The notes under the pieces: model-generated
Database searches by the model: none
What the model was told of the DNA's origin: nothing
What the model saw: the letters and a program-made list of their open reading frames with translations, nothing else
Program-made: the position numbers and the translations under genes
Part shown: positions 18,494 through 27,526 of the stretch, piece after piece
How positions within the stretch are numbered: the stretch's first letter is position 1
Layout: each line of letters starts with the position of its first letter
Source of the DNA: a virus
Lineage: Duplodnaviria > Caudoviricetes
Strand: one strand, 5' to 3'
Length of the DNA: 57,506 nt
Virus record (IMG/VR): IMGVR_UViG_3300001336_000007
Coordinates: 1 to 57,506 of that record

Positions 18494-18909
18494 ATAAATT
18501 GAAGCCACACCAAGAGTGTATCAATGACGGAGTATCAGGAGAGTTGTTCAGCATAGCCAACGATCAGGTCTTGTTCACCGCCATAGTTTGCCACAATGTA
18601 AACCGGGCGTACTGCCAGGCCATTGGCGATCAAAGTCAACTGCCTTGGGACGATGCTCCGGAATGGGCGAAAGACAGTGCGGTGACCGGGGTGCATTTTC
18701 ACATTACTCATCCTGACGCGGGACCGGAAGGTAGTCACGAATCATGGATGAAAGAAAAGATCGATACAGGATGGAAATATGGTCCGGTCAAAGATCCAGA
18801 AAAGAAAGAACACCCATGCCTCGTGCCGTTTCCCGAATTACCCAAAGAACAACAGGCGAAAGATTTTATTTTCAGGGAAATAGTTCACACAATGTTGGGG
18901 GTTGATTAA
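18490..18909 (+). CDS. RyR (ryanodine receptor repeat) domain protein
   Basis: SHESWMKEKIDTGWKYGPVKDPEKKEHPCLVPFPELPKEQQAKD. Confidence 0.85.
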   Translation: MNKLKPHQECINDGVSGELFSIANDQVLFTAIVCHNVNRAYCQAIGDQSQLPWDDAPEWAKDSAVTGVHFHITHPDAGPEGSHESWMKEKIDTGWKYGPVKDPEKKEHPCLVPFPELPKEQQAKDFIFREIVHTMLGVD

Positions 18910-18910
18910 A

Positions 18911-19300
18911 ATGATTATTCACCCACACGGAAAACTTCTGCGTAAATTCATCTACACCGACGCAGGCAACGACGACGGCCGGGAAGAGCCTGCCATGTTT
19001 CTGTACCGCAGAGATGTAAAAGGCAAGTCGGCGCTTATCCCATTGGCATGTGCCTATAAATACGCTGAACCGAGAGGAAAGGAAGAGATCTTCACAGTCA
19101 TGGTTGAGTGCCTGTCGATTGCCTCTGCCCTGGATTACCCGGTAAACCAACAATCGGCGGTAACCATCATGTTGACGATTCAGGACGGGCTGGATGAATT
19201 GATCAAAATGCCTGCACGGGAAATAAAGAAACATGAAATTGGCGAAGCGACACTAACAGTCAACGGAGAGCGGCAAGCGTCAACAGCCGTTATGGTGTAA
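18911..19300 (+). CDS. Hypothetical protein upstream of portal
   Basis: EPAMFL...IQDGLDELIKMP; position typical of BPP-1-like phages. Confidence 0.65.
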   Translation: MIIHPHGKLLRKFIYTDAGNDDGREEPAMFLYRRDVKGKSALIPLACAYKYAEPRGKEEIFTVMVECLSIASALDYPVNQQSAVTIMLTIQDGLDELIKMPAREIKKHEIGEATLTVNGERQASTAVMV

Positions 19301-19306
19301 GTGTAA

Positions 19307-21406
19307 ATGGAAAATATCAGGACAGTAAAAGCCTACGAGCCGCAAGCCGACAGGTACGCAGAGCCGGAAGATAAGCAGGATGATATCTCGGTCGACGATC
19401 TGACGGCGGAACGTTTTCGAAAAATAGAGTCATGGTTTTACGGTGAGCAGCAGGCGCAGGCCGAGAACCGCTGGAGTATGGCCCGAGCGCAGGATTTTAT
19501 TGACGGGGACCAGTGGACCGAGGAAGACAAGGAAGAGCTTGCCTCCAGAAATCAGCCGGCAATGGTCTTTAATCTCATGGGTACAACTATCAGGTGGATC
19601 ACCGGCACGGAAAAAAGAACCAGGGTAGATTACTCCGTGGTCGGCCGCGGCAAGGAAGATACGGATAGCGCCGAGAACAAGACTGCACTGCTAAAGTATC
19701 TGGATGATGTCAATAACGGCGGGTACTATCGATCGAAAGCCTTTGAGGACGCTGTAGGTGCCGGGCTCGGTTGGCTTGATGTTGGAGTCCATGGCGACCC
19801 AGGCAAAGAACCGCTCTATGAGAGATACGAGAGCTGGCGGAACGTTTGGCATGATAGATTTTCCATTGAGCCTGATTGCGCCGATGGCCGGTATATATTC
19901 AGGGCGAGATGGGTTGATTTAGATGTTGCGAAAAAGTATTTCCCTGAAAAGGCGGCAGAGTTGGAGTTGGCAGCAGAGGACCATGAATATTATTACGCCG
20001 ATGACGAGTTTGCCGTGGATAGCCTGGATTTTGAGTCTCAATCACAAGCCCTTGGGGTGCAGGCAGATAATCACCACAATAAGCGGCGGCGCGTCCGGCT
20101 GGTGGAGTGCTGGTACAGGGAAGCGGAAGAGTGTGATGTCGTTCGCAGCAAAAACGCGGCAAACGGGGCTATCGTTAATGATGAAGATACACTCCTGGCA
20201 AGCATGGCTGATGAGGTGTATCAGGCTATCCGTCAGATAATGCGCCTGATGATTTTCGTCTCCGGTCGGGAAAACAGAACAGGGCAGGTGCTGTATGATG
20301 GAAAATCGCCGTACTGGCACAATAGGTTCCCGCTGGTTCCTGTGTGGGGATACCGTAGAAAGCGTACCAATCTGCCATATGGCGCGGCTGAAGGGCTTAT
20401 TGACCCGCAGATAGACCTCAACAAGCGCAAGAGCAAGGCGCAATTCATCCTGTCCACCAAAGGCGTTATCATGGACAAAGGCGCCGTTGACGATATGGAC
20501 CGGCTGGCCGAGGAGATAGCGCGGCCGGACTACATCATCGAAAAGAAAGTCGGTGCTGAATTTCGAGTAGACAGCGACAGAAGCCTGGCCGCCGAGCACG
20601 TCAACCTCATGAATCAGGATGCCGAGTATATTCAAAAGGTCGGCGGGGTAACTGATGAGAATCTTGGCAGGCAGACCAACGCGACCAGCGGAAAGGCGAT
20701 TGAAGCACGGCAGGACCAGGGAACGACGGTCAATACCGATCTGTTCGAGAACCTGTGGATCGCCATGAAGGTTGCCGGGGAATTGAAATTGTCGCTCATC
20801 GAACAGTATTACACCGAGCAGAAGGTTGTTCGGCTGATAGGTGAGCGCGGCAAGATCGAATTCAAGGATATCAACGGCGAAGGTTTTCTATCCATCCAGG
20901 AAACCCAGGCGGATTTTATTGTCGACCGGCAGGCGTTCAATCAATCTGTGCGCCGGGCGATGTTCGAACAACTGATGGCGATGGTTGCCAAGTTACCGCC
21001 GGAAATAGCGCTGAAGCTGCTTGATGTGGTTATAGAGATGTCGGATATTCCCGAAAGAGACGAGATCGTTGCGCGGATTCGGCAGATTAACGGTATGCGG
21101 GACAAGGACGCTGAGCCGACACCGGAAGAGCAGGCGCAGATAGAGGCGGAGCAGGCCGCGATGCAGGAGAAGCTGGATCTTGAAAAAAGAATGGCCAATG
21201 CCAATGTCAGTTTGATTGAAGCAAAGGCCGGAGAGGCACAGGGCAGGGCGAAGGATTACGAATCAAAAGCAATGATGACCGCACTTGATGCAGTGCTTAA
21301 GAAGCTGACTACGTTCGAGGCTGCATTGGCGGTGGCCGGACTACTGCAGCAGAACCCGACGATTGGGGCCGGTGCAGATCAGGTTATTGAGGATGTGACA
21401 AGATAG
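19307..21406 (+). CDS. Portal protein (P22/BPP-1-like)
   Basis: 699 aa; DGDQW, GTEKRTRVD, RRRVRLVECWY, SPYWHNRFP, NATSGKAIEARQDQG. Confidence 0.9.
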   Translation: MENIRTVKAYEPQADRYAEPEDKQDDISVDDLTAERFRKIESWFYGEQQAQAENRWSMARAQDFIDGDQWTEEDKEELASRNQPAMVFNLMGTTIRWITGTEKRTRVDYSVVGRGKEDTDSAENKTALLKYLDDVNNGGYYRSKAFEDAVGAGLGWLDVGVHGDPGKEPLYERYESWRNVWHDRFSIEPDCADGRYIFRARWVDLDVAKKYFPEKAAELELAAEDHEYYYADDEFAVDSLDFESQSQALGVQADNHHNKRRRVRLVECWYREAEECDVVRSKNAANGAIVNDEDTLLASMADEVYQAIRQIMRLMIFVSGRENRTGQVLYDGKSPYWHNRFPLVPVWGYRRKRTNLPYGAAEGLIDPQIDLNKRKSKAQFILSTKGVIMDKGAVDDMDRLAEEIARPDYIIEKKVGAEFRVDSDRSLAAEHVNLMNQDAEYIQKVGGVTDENLGRQTNATSGKAIEARQDQGTTVNTDLFENLWIAMKVAGELKLSLIEQYYTEQKVVRLIGERGKIEFKDINGEGFLSIQETQADFIVDRQAFNQSVRRAMFEQLMAMVAKLPPEIALKLLDVVIEMSDIPERDEIVARIRQINGMRDKDAEPTPEEQAQIEAEQAAMQEKLDLEKRMANANVSLIEAKAGEAQGRAKDYESKAMMTALDAVLKKLTTFEAALAVAGLLQQNPTIGAGADQVIEDVTR

Positions 21407-21422
21407 CATTGTCAACAATAAA

Positions 21423-21554
21423 TTGTGCAAACTGAATAAATTTGTTATAATTGATCAATAGTATACATTTTTGAAAAAACCATAGGTTACTGACGGACCG
21501 CGCAAGCGAAATCCCAAGGCCCAACTAGACATTGTTCTGGTTGGGCCTTTTTTT
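21423..21554 (+). promoter_or_regulatory. Late promoter + structured leader + intrinsic terminator (unit 1)
   Basis: TTGTGC-N17-TATAAT; TTACTGA-cGGA-c-CGC-GCAA-GCG-aaa-TCC; AAGGCCCAACTAGA/TCTGGTTGGGCC-T7. Confidence 0.7.
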
Positions 21555-21582
21555 ATTTAAAAACAAACAGGAGCACAGGCGC

Positions 21583-22362
21583 ATGAGCACCGAAGATTAC
21601 ACGGAAGGCGAGTACACGGAAGACGAACTGGCAGGACTGAGCGACGAAGAGCGCGACGCAATTTCCACCGATGATGAATCAGCATCTGCCGATACAGTGA
21701 CGGATGAGGTTGACGCCAACGGACCAGACGGAGGGGAAATTGTACCGCTGCAGGACGATCATGTTCAGGAGCAGGAAAAAGCGCCTGTTGTCCATCATGA
21801 CACCGTACCCCTTCCTTCAGACATAGCCGAACAGTTCAAGGCGGAACGTTCCGAGCTGGCCAGACAGTTTGACGAGGGAGAGATCGAGCTTGCAGACCTC
21901 CTTGACAGACGTGATGATGTGGCCAGGATGGAGCGTGACGCCGAAGAAAAGCATAATGTGGATGTCCGGGCCGCAAACGATTGGCAGGCAGCCCAGGATA
22001 AGTTCTTTTCTGATAACGGCCAATATCTCACCGACAAGGACAGGCACATTGCCTTGGATGCCTGCGTAAAAGCCGTGGCAAACATGCCCGGAGTCCTCTC
22101 GTTTGATGACTGCCTTGGTAAAGCGAAGAGAATGGAAGAAGCGATGAATGGGCACGTTGCTGTATCAAAGCCGCCTCCTCCAGCAGAAAAAGGGAAATCG
22201 CCACGGCCTGAAGCCCCGAGCATTGTTGACCTCCCTGCTTCAGCAGCTAATGAATCGGCAGGAGAGTTTGACTATATCGACAAACTAACCGGGGTTGAAC
22301 TGGAAGACGCATTGTCGAAGTTGTCAGAAGCGAAGCAAGAGCGGTACCTGTCCGGTAAATGA
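21583..22362 (+). CDS. Scaffolding protein
   Basis: Acidic, helical, between portal and capsid; AGGAG RBS. Confidence 0.7.
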   Translation: MSTEDYTEGEYTEDELAGLSDEERDAISTDDESASADTVTDEVDANGPDGGEIVPLQDDHVQEQEKAPVVHHDTVPLPSDIAEQFKAERSELARQFDEGEIELADLLDRRDDVARMERDAEEKHNVDVRAANDWQAAQDKFFSDNGQYLTDKDRHIALDACVKAVANMPGVLSFDDCLGKAKRMEEAMNGHVAVSKPPPPAEKGKSPRPEAPSIVDLPASAANESAGEFDYIDKLTGVELEDALSKLSEAKQERYLSGK

Positions 22363-22541
22363 GCACCCTTTATCTGGACATAGACGCTGGACGGTCAATT
22401 TACGTTGGCAAGGCAAAAGTTACGGTCGAAAAGAAGACAGGCCGAAAAGTAAGATTACGGATTGATGCAGACAGTTCTGTGTGCGTAACACAGGATGGCG
22501 GGCATATCGCCCAAAAAAAACCGATAGCTCAAGAGGGCTGA
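22359..22541 (+). CDS. CsrA/RsmA-like small RNA-binding protein
   Basis: LYLDIDAGRSIYVG.AKVTVEKKTGRKVRLRIDAD.SV follows the CsrA beta-strand pattern. Confidence 0.6.
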   Translation: MSTLYLDIDAGRSIYVGKAKVTVEKKTGRKVRLRIDADSSVCVTQDGGHIAQKKPIAQEG

Positions 22542-22558
22542 AAGCGGAGAGTTAAGCT

Positions 22559-23659
22559 ATGGCACGAACTATTGTTGGCCTGGGCGACGCGAAGGCTGTC
22601 AAAAAGTTTTCGGGTATGCTCGCAGTAGATGTAAGTCGGGAGATGTATTGGGAACGTAAGTTTATCGGCAAGGGGCGTACTGCCTCTGCTCCCATTATGC
22701 AGCTCACCGAGCTTGAAAACGATGCAGGCGAATTGATTACCTATGATTTGTCCATGCAGCTCACTCAACAGCCTATCGAGGGAGACGAAACGCAGGAAGG
22801 AACCGAGGAAGCCCTGCAGTTCTACACCGACTCCCTGTATATTGATCAGGCCAGGGGCGGCGTGAATGGCGGCGGAAGAATGACCCGCAAGCGGACCCTG
22901 CACAATTTGCGTATGGTCGGTAAGGACCGCATGGCAGAGTGGTGGTCACGGATGTTTGATGAATTGATTTTTATCTATATGTCCGGGGCTCGCGGGATCA
23001 ATGCGGATTTCATCTATCCAACTACCTGGACCGGTCGGGCGAACAACGCTATCACGGCACCTGACGCATCCCACCTTCATGTTGCCGGTGGACACGCCAA
23101 GGGAACCCTGATCGCTGATGACAAGATGAGTCTTGCCGAGGTCGACAAGGCGCTTGTCAAGGTGAAAGCCATGGGTGGCGGTACCCAGGGCGTACCAAAG
23201 ATGAAACCGATCAAGATTAACGGCGAGATGCACTACGTCTTGGTTATGGGCACCCGACAGGCAAGCGATATGCGGATTTCTACCGGAACCGGCGGGTGGC
23301 TTGATCTGCAAAAAGCAGCCGCTACCGCTGAAGGGCGTAACTCCCCTATCTTTAAGGGCGGTCTTGGCGCGTATAACAACGTCGTTCTCCATGAACATGA
23401 GGCGGTTGTTAGATTTTCCGACTACGGATTAGGCTCAAATGTCGGCGCCGCACGGGCACTGCTGCTCGGTAACCAGGCCGGTGCGCTCGCTTATGGATCA
23501 CCGGGCACCGGGTTGCGCTACGACTGGCACGAAGAGTCCCGGGATAACGGAAACGTTGTCGTCATTTCTTCGAGCTGTATTTTTGGCTTCAAGAAAACAA
23601 CCTATAACGGGCTGGATTTCGGCGTCATGGCAGTAGACACCGCGTCTCTGGCCATTTAA
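22559..23659 (+). CDS. Major capsid protein (N4-gp56 family/DUF4043)
   Basis: ELENDAGELITYDL, IDQAR, MTRKRTLHNLR, SPIFKGGLGAYNNVVLHEH, DFGVMAVDT. Confidence 0.92.
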   Translation: MARTIVGLGDAKAVKKFSGMLAVDVSREMYWERKFIGKGRTASAPIMQLTELENDAGELITYDLSMQLTQQPIEGDETQEGTEEALQFYTDSLYIDQARGGVNGGGRMTRKRTLHNLRMVGKDRMAEWWSRMFDELIFIYMSGARGINADFIYPTTWTGRANNAITAPDASHLHVAGGHAKGTLIADDKMSLAEVDKALVKVKAMGGGTQGVPKMKPIKINGEMHYVLVMGTRQASDMRISTGTGGWLDLQKAAATAEGRNSPIFKGGLGAYNNVVLHEHEAVVRFSDYGLGSNVGAARALLLGNQAGALAYGSPGTGLRYDWHEESRDNGNVVVISSSCIFGFKKTTYNGLDFGVMAVDTASLAI

Positions 23660-23671
23660 CGGAGGATAATA

Positions 23672-24118
23672 ATGGCACTTTTAAAAGCAGCAGAAGTTCT
23701 TAAAGTTCCGATCACCTTGGACCAGGCCGGGCAAATGGTTGTCTCTGTCGGAACGTATGAGGTACCTGATACCCTGGCCGCAAACGACATCGTTGCCCTG
23801 TGTCACCTCCCTGCCGAGCATGAGATCGTTGATTTCACGCTTCAGTCAGACGACCTTGACACGGGAACTCCAGCCATTGCCGTATCGGTAGGGGTGCTCA
23901 ACGCGGGTATGACCGATTTAGTATCCGGGACGAACCTCCTTACCACATCTACCGTTGCACAGGCTGGAGGTGTAGCAAGGGCGTCTGTGGTTGATGGCCT
24001 CCAGTTGTCTGCGTCGGATGCCAACAGAGTCGTTGGTGTTAAAGTGACTACTGCGGCTGATACTGCAGCAGCCGGAACACTGCGGGGAGTTCTCACCTAC
24101 CGTAGGGCGCGTAGTTAA
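23672..24118 (+). CDS. Capsid decoration/minor capsid protein
   Basis: Beta-rich, directly after MCP; DDLDTG motif. Confidence 0.65.
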   Translation: MALLKAAEVLKVPITLDQAGQMVVSVGTYEVPDTLAANDIVALCHLPAEHEIVDFTLQSDDLDTGTPAIAVSVGVLNAGMTDLVSGTNLLTTSTVAQAGGVARASVVDGLQLSASDANRVVGVKVTTAADTAAAGTLRGVLTYRRARS

Positions 24119-24136
24119 ATTTAACATTTAGCTGTA

Positions 24137-24178
24137 TGGGCGGGGGGAGTAAAATCCCCCCGCCCGTTGAGGTTTTTT
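24137..24178 (+). terminator. Intrinsic terminator after capsid genes
   Basis: GGGCGGGGGGA-gtaaaa-TCCCCCCGCCC followed by a T run. Confidence 0.75.
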
Positions 24179-24619
24179 ATGAAAATACAATGCCTGATAG
24201 ACAGGGACGGCGTGACGACAGTCATGTACAACGGAATCCGGATGGATTTCGAAAAAAACGAGCACGGTGATTATGTCTGCGACGTCTGCAACCCAGGTTC
24301 AGTTGACTATCTGTTGAAGACGTTTGGCGGTCGATTTTACCGGGAGTATGTCGAACCTGTCATGCCGACCTCTCCTTTTGTCATGCCCACCTCCCCCCTT
24401 GAAACAATGTTGTTTAACGCGGGAGATACCAGCGCCACTGAACCGGTGGCCGAACAAACCGACAGGCAAAGTGCCAAGGAATTCTATCAGTCATTGACCG
24501 AAAAAGAAGACGTGGAGAGGTATTGTCTGCAGGATTTCGGAGTTAACCTGTCTCGTCGCTTCTCGCTGGAGAACATGAAAGAGCAGGTCTTTGCCATCAT
24601 CGACAAGGAGTATGAATAA
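24179..24619 (+). CDS. Hypothetical virion-module protein
   Basis: GAGG RBS; VMPTSP tandem duplication. Confidence 0.65.
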   Translation: MKIQCLIDRDGVTTVMYNGIRMDFEKNEHGDYVCDVCNPGSVDYLLKTFGGRFYREYVEPVMPTSPFVMPTSPLETMLFNAGDTSATEPVAEQTDRQSAKEFYQSLTEKEDVERYCLQDFGVNLSRRFSLENMKEQVFAIIDKEYE

Positions 24620-25278
24620 TGGGAGTTATACTTGCTTCGGCAATAATCACCAAGGCGCAGACGATTATCCAGGATGCAACCGGTGTGCGGTGGCCGGAAG
24701 CGGAATTACTCGGGTGGATCAACGAGGGCCAGCGGGAAATAGTTCTGCTGAAACCCGACTCCTCGGTAAGAAACGAATCGAAAATTCTCATTGCCGGTAC
24801 AAAGCAGTCCATTCCTGCCGATGGTATCGTCTTAATAAGCGTTGTCCGAAACATGGGCACCACGGGAACCAGTCCCGGCAAGGCGGTACGGTCCATCAAC
24901 CGGCAGATTCTCGACGAGCAGGTACCCGACTGGCACGCGGCAACCACTGATGCCAGTGCGGCCTACTGCGTTTATGATGGCCGTAACCCGAAAGTCTTTT
25001 ACGTGTACCCGCCGCAGCCTGCAGTTTCCCCAGGATATGTTGAATTGATCTATTCGGCGGCACCTGCCGACATGGCGACGGTGAGCAGTGCCATCACCCT
25101 TGATGATATTTATTCCGGATCATTGCTGGATTACTGCCTGTTTCGGGCGTATTCGAAAGACGCAAACTATGCCGGAAACAACGAAAGGGCCATGGCGCAT
25201 TACCAAAAATTCGTTGAAACGTTGTCTCTTAAAGAAAAAATTGAGGGCGCCACGGAAATGACCTCGGGTGAGAGATGA
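24619..25278 (+). CDS. Head-tail adaptor protein (DUF6682-like)
   Basis: VRWPEAELLGWINEGQREI, FYVYPP, DYCLFRAYSKD. Confidence 0.75.
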   Translation: MGVILASAIITKAQTIIQDATGVRWPEAELLGWINEGQREIVLLKPDSSVRNESKILIAGTKQSIPADGIVLISVVRNMGTTGTSPGKAVRSINRQILDEQVPDWHAATTDASAAYCVYDGRNPKVFYVYPPQPAVSPGYVELIYSAAPADMATVSSAITLDDIYSGSLLDYCLFRAYSKDANYAGNNERAMAHYQKFVETLSLKEKIEGATEMTSGER

Positions 25279-25883
25279 CCGGCGCACAACTTCTTGACAT
25301 GCTCATGCGGCGGATTGCCGCTATTGACAACAGTAGCGGCCTGTCGTTTATCGATGCGCTTAACTCTTCGGTTGAGGTCGCTTTTCTCAGGCTATGGGCG
25401 AAGCGATCGGAGATCGTTCAAGAGTCATTTGATATCTACGCCGACGACGAACCGTTTGCTCTTCCGGACAACTTCCGTGGCTTTGCCGATGGGCCGTACC
25501 TTGTTCGCGATTCTTCTACCATAGTGCTCGAGCCTCTTCCGCCAGGATCACTTGCCGAGGTTGCCAGCTATACCGGCACGCCCAGGTACTATTCGTTGCT
25601 TGGCGCCAATGTCGAGATTTATCCTCCGGCGCTCTACTCCGATGAGCTCAAGGGTCGGTTCTATGCCTCACCGGGGACACTCGGTATGGAGAGTACCTTA
25701 CCCTGGGGCGGGGTGTTCGACTGGCTTATAGCCGATGGAGTTATCGAGGCGACGAAAAACGGCGGAACGACTGCTCTCCTGGCTAACCAGGCGTTCTTGA
25801 TCACCATGGACGCATCTATCGACGCTATCCTCTCTGCACGGAATAATCCTGCCAGGAGACGGGTCAAAGCGCAATGGTTCTAA
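25275..25883 (+). CDS. Second adaptor-like virion protein
   Basis: FALPDNF, GTPRYY, IYPP motifs. Confidence 0.6.
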   Translation: MTGAQLLDMLMRRIAAIDNSSGLSFIDALNSSVEVAFLRLWAKRSEIVQESFDIYADDEPFALPDNFRGFADGPYLVRDSSTIVLEPLPPGSLAEVASYTGTPRYYSLLGANVEIYPPALYSDELKGRFYASPGTLGMESTLPWGGVFDWLIADGVIEATKNGGTTALLANQAFLITMDASIDAILSARNNPARRRVKAQWF

Positions 25884-25912
25884 TGTAGGTAAAAAATAAA
25901 AGGCGGGGCCAG

Positions 25913-27526
25913 GTGCTTATATCTATCAGATCGTTCAAGGGAACAATCCCTAAACTCGACGCGCGACTCATCCCTGAACCATACGGGCAAATTGCCGCGA
26001 ATTGCCGTACCGACCGGGGCAGTCTCCGGCCAATCAAGAATTTTCTCTCAGTCAATACCCCTTCTAAAGTCGGAACCAAGAAGACCATTTTTAAATATGG
26101 CCTGTTCTGGCTGCATTGGCTGGAAGATGTCGATGTCGTTCGCGGACCTATAGCCGGGGATACAACCGACCGGCTATACTGGACCGGAGAAGGTGTTCCG
26201 AAAGTATCCAACTCGACTATCATAACAGCCGGTGGAGGAACGAATTACCCAACGAACGCATACACCCTTGGTATTCCGGTACCGCCGTCAATGCCATCTC
26301 TTGCCGTAGTCGGTGAATCGGTGGACACGACGCAGGCGGAATCACGATCGTATGTCTATACCTACGTTTCAGCATGGGGAGAAGAGGGGCCGCCTTCTGC
26401 TCCATCGGGTATCATAGCGGTGGAACCGAGTCAGTCTGTCAACCTCTCTTTACTGTCTGTTTCCCCTACCGGATCCTACAATATAACCAGCAAGAGAATT
26501 TACCGGACAGCTACCGGGACAACCGGAACTGAGTATAAATATGTCGGGGCGGTGTCCATTGCCGCCACGACGTTTAGCGACACAGTAGCCACGGAAAGTC
26601 TTGGTGAAGCGTTGCCTTCCGTAACATGGGACGCTCCACCGGCCAATATGCACAGCCTTCACCTGCATCCATCCGGATTCATGGTCGGTATCAGCGGCAA
26701 GGATATTTGTTTCTCAGTGCCATACATGCCCCACGCATGGCCGGAAGCGTACCGGGTACCGATAGACTACACCCCGGTTGGTTTGGGGGTATTCGGCAAC
26801 TCAGTTCTAGTATTGACCAATGGCCGGCCATACCTGATTACCGGAACAGATCCGGAGTACATGACCAAAGAGCACCTTGAAATCAATCAATCGTGCGTGA
26901 GCAAACGGGGTATCTGTGATATCGGTGATGCCATTGCTTATCCATCTCCTGACGGGTTGATCGTTATCGGCCCCGGAACGGCAAAGAACATCACTGAGGA
27001 TGTTTTCACCCGCGAGCAGTGGCAGGCTCTTGTCCCTGCAAATCTCATTTCAGCTTTCCATGACGGCTGTTATTACGGGTTTACCGGAAATAGCGGAGTG
27101 GTGATCGATACCCGGGAGGACGGTGTAAAAACTCTCTCCACCATAACCGCTACCGCGGCCTATGAAGACAAGATAACCGATACTCTGTATTTGATGGTCG
27201 GCAGCAACATTATAGCTTGGGAAGGACACGCAACCGACAATTATTCCACGGCGAAATTCAGAAGCAAGAAATACTCGATGAACAGCCCGGTAACGCCGCC
27301 TTCTGTCGGCATGGTTACGGCTGCAGGGTACCCGGTAACGGCAAACCTCTATGCAGATGGAGTGCTGAAGCATACGCAAAACGTTGTGTCATCGGCTCCC
27401 TTCCGTATTCCCGGGGGGTATTATGCCAGTGAATACGAGATAGAGATTGTTTCCGCCTTTGAGATCTACAGCCCGGTACTGTTCGCCACAACCATGGAAG
27501 AATTACGCAAGGCAACCCACCCATGA
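25913..27526 (+). CDS. Tail nozzle/stabilization protein
   Basis: SRSYVYTYVSAWGEEGPPS, PHAWP, SCVSKR; podovirus tail position. Confidence 0.75.
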   Translation: MLISIRSFKGTIPKLDARLIPEPYGQIAANCRTDRGSLRPIKNFLSVNTPSKVGTKKTIFKYGLFWLHWLEDVDVVRGPIAGDTTDRLYWTGEGVPKVSNSTIITAGGGTNYPTNAYTLGIPVPPSMPSLAVVGESVDTTQAESRSYVYTYVSAWGEEGPPSAPSGIIAVEPSQSVNLSLLSVSPTGSYNITSKRIYRTATGTTGTEYKYVGAVSIAATTFSDTVATESLGEALPSVTWDAPPANMHSLHLHPSGFMVGISGKDICFSVPYMPHAWPEAYRVPIDYTPVGLGVFGNSVLVLTNGRPYLITGTDPEYMTKEHLEINQSCVSKRGICDIGDAIAYPSPDGLIVIGPGTAKNITEDVFTREQWQALVPANLISAFHDGCYYGFTGNSGVVIDTREDGVKTLSTITATAAYEDKITDTLYLMVGSNIIAWEGHATDNYSTAKFRSKKYSMNSPVTPPSVGMVTAAGYPVTANLYADGVLKHTQNVVSSAPFRIPGGYYASEYEIEIVSAFEIYSPVLFATTMEELRKATHP

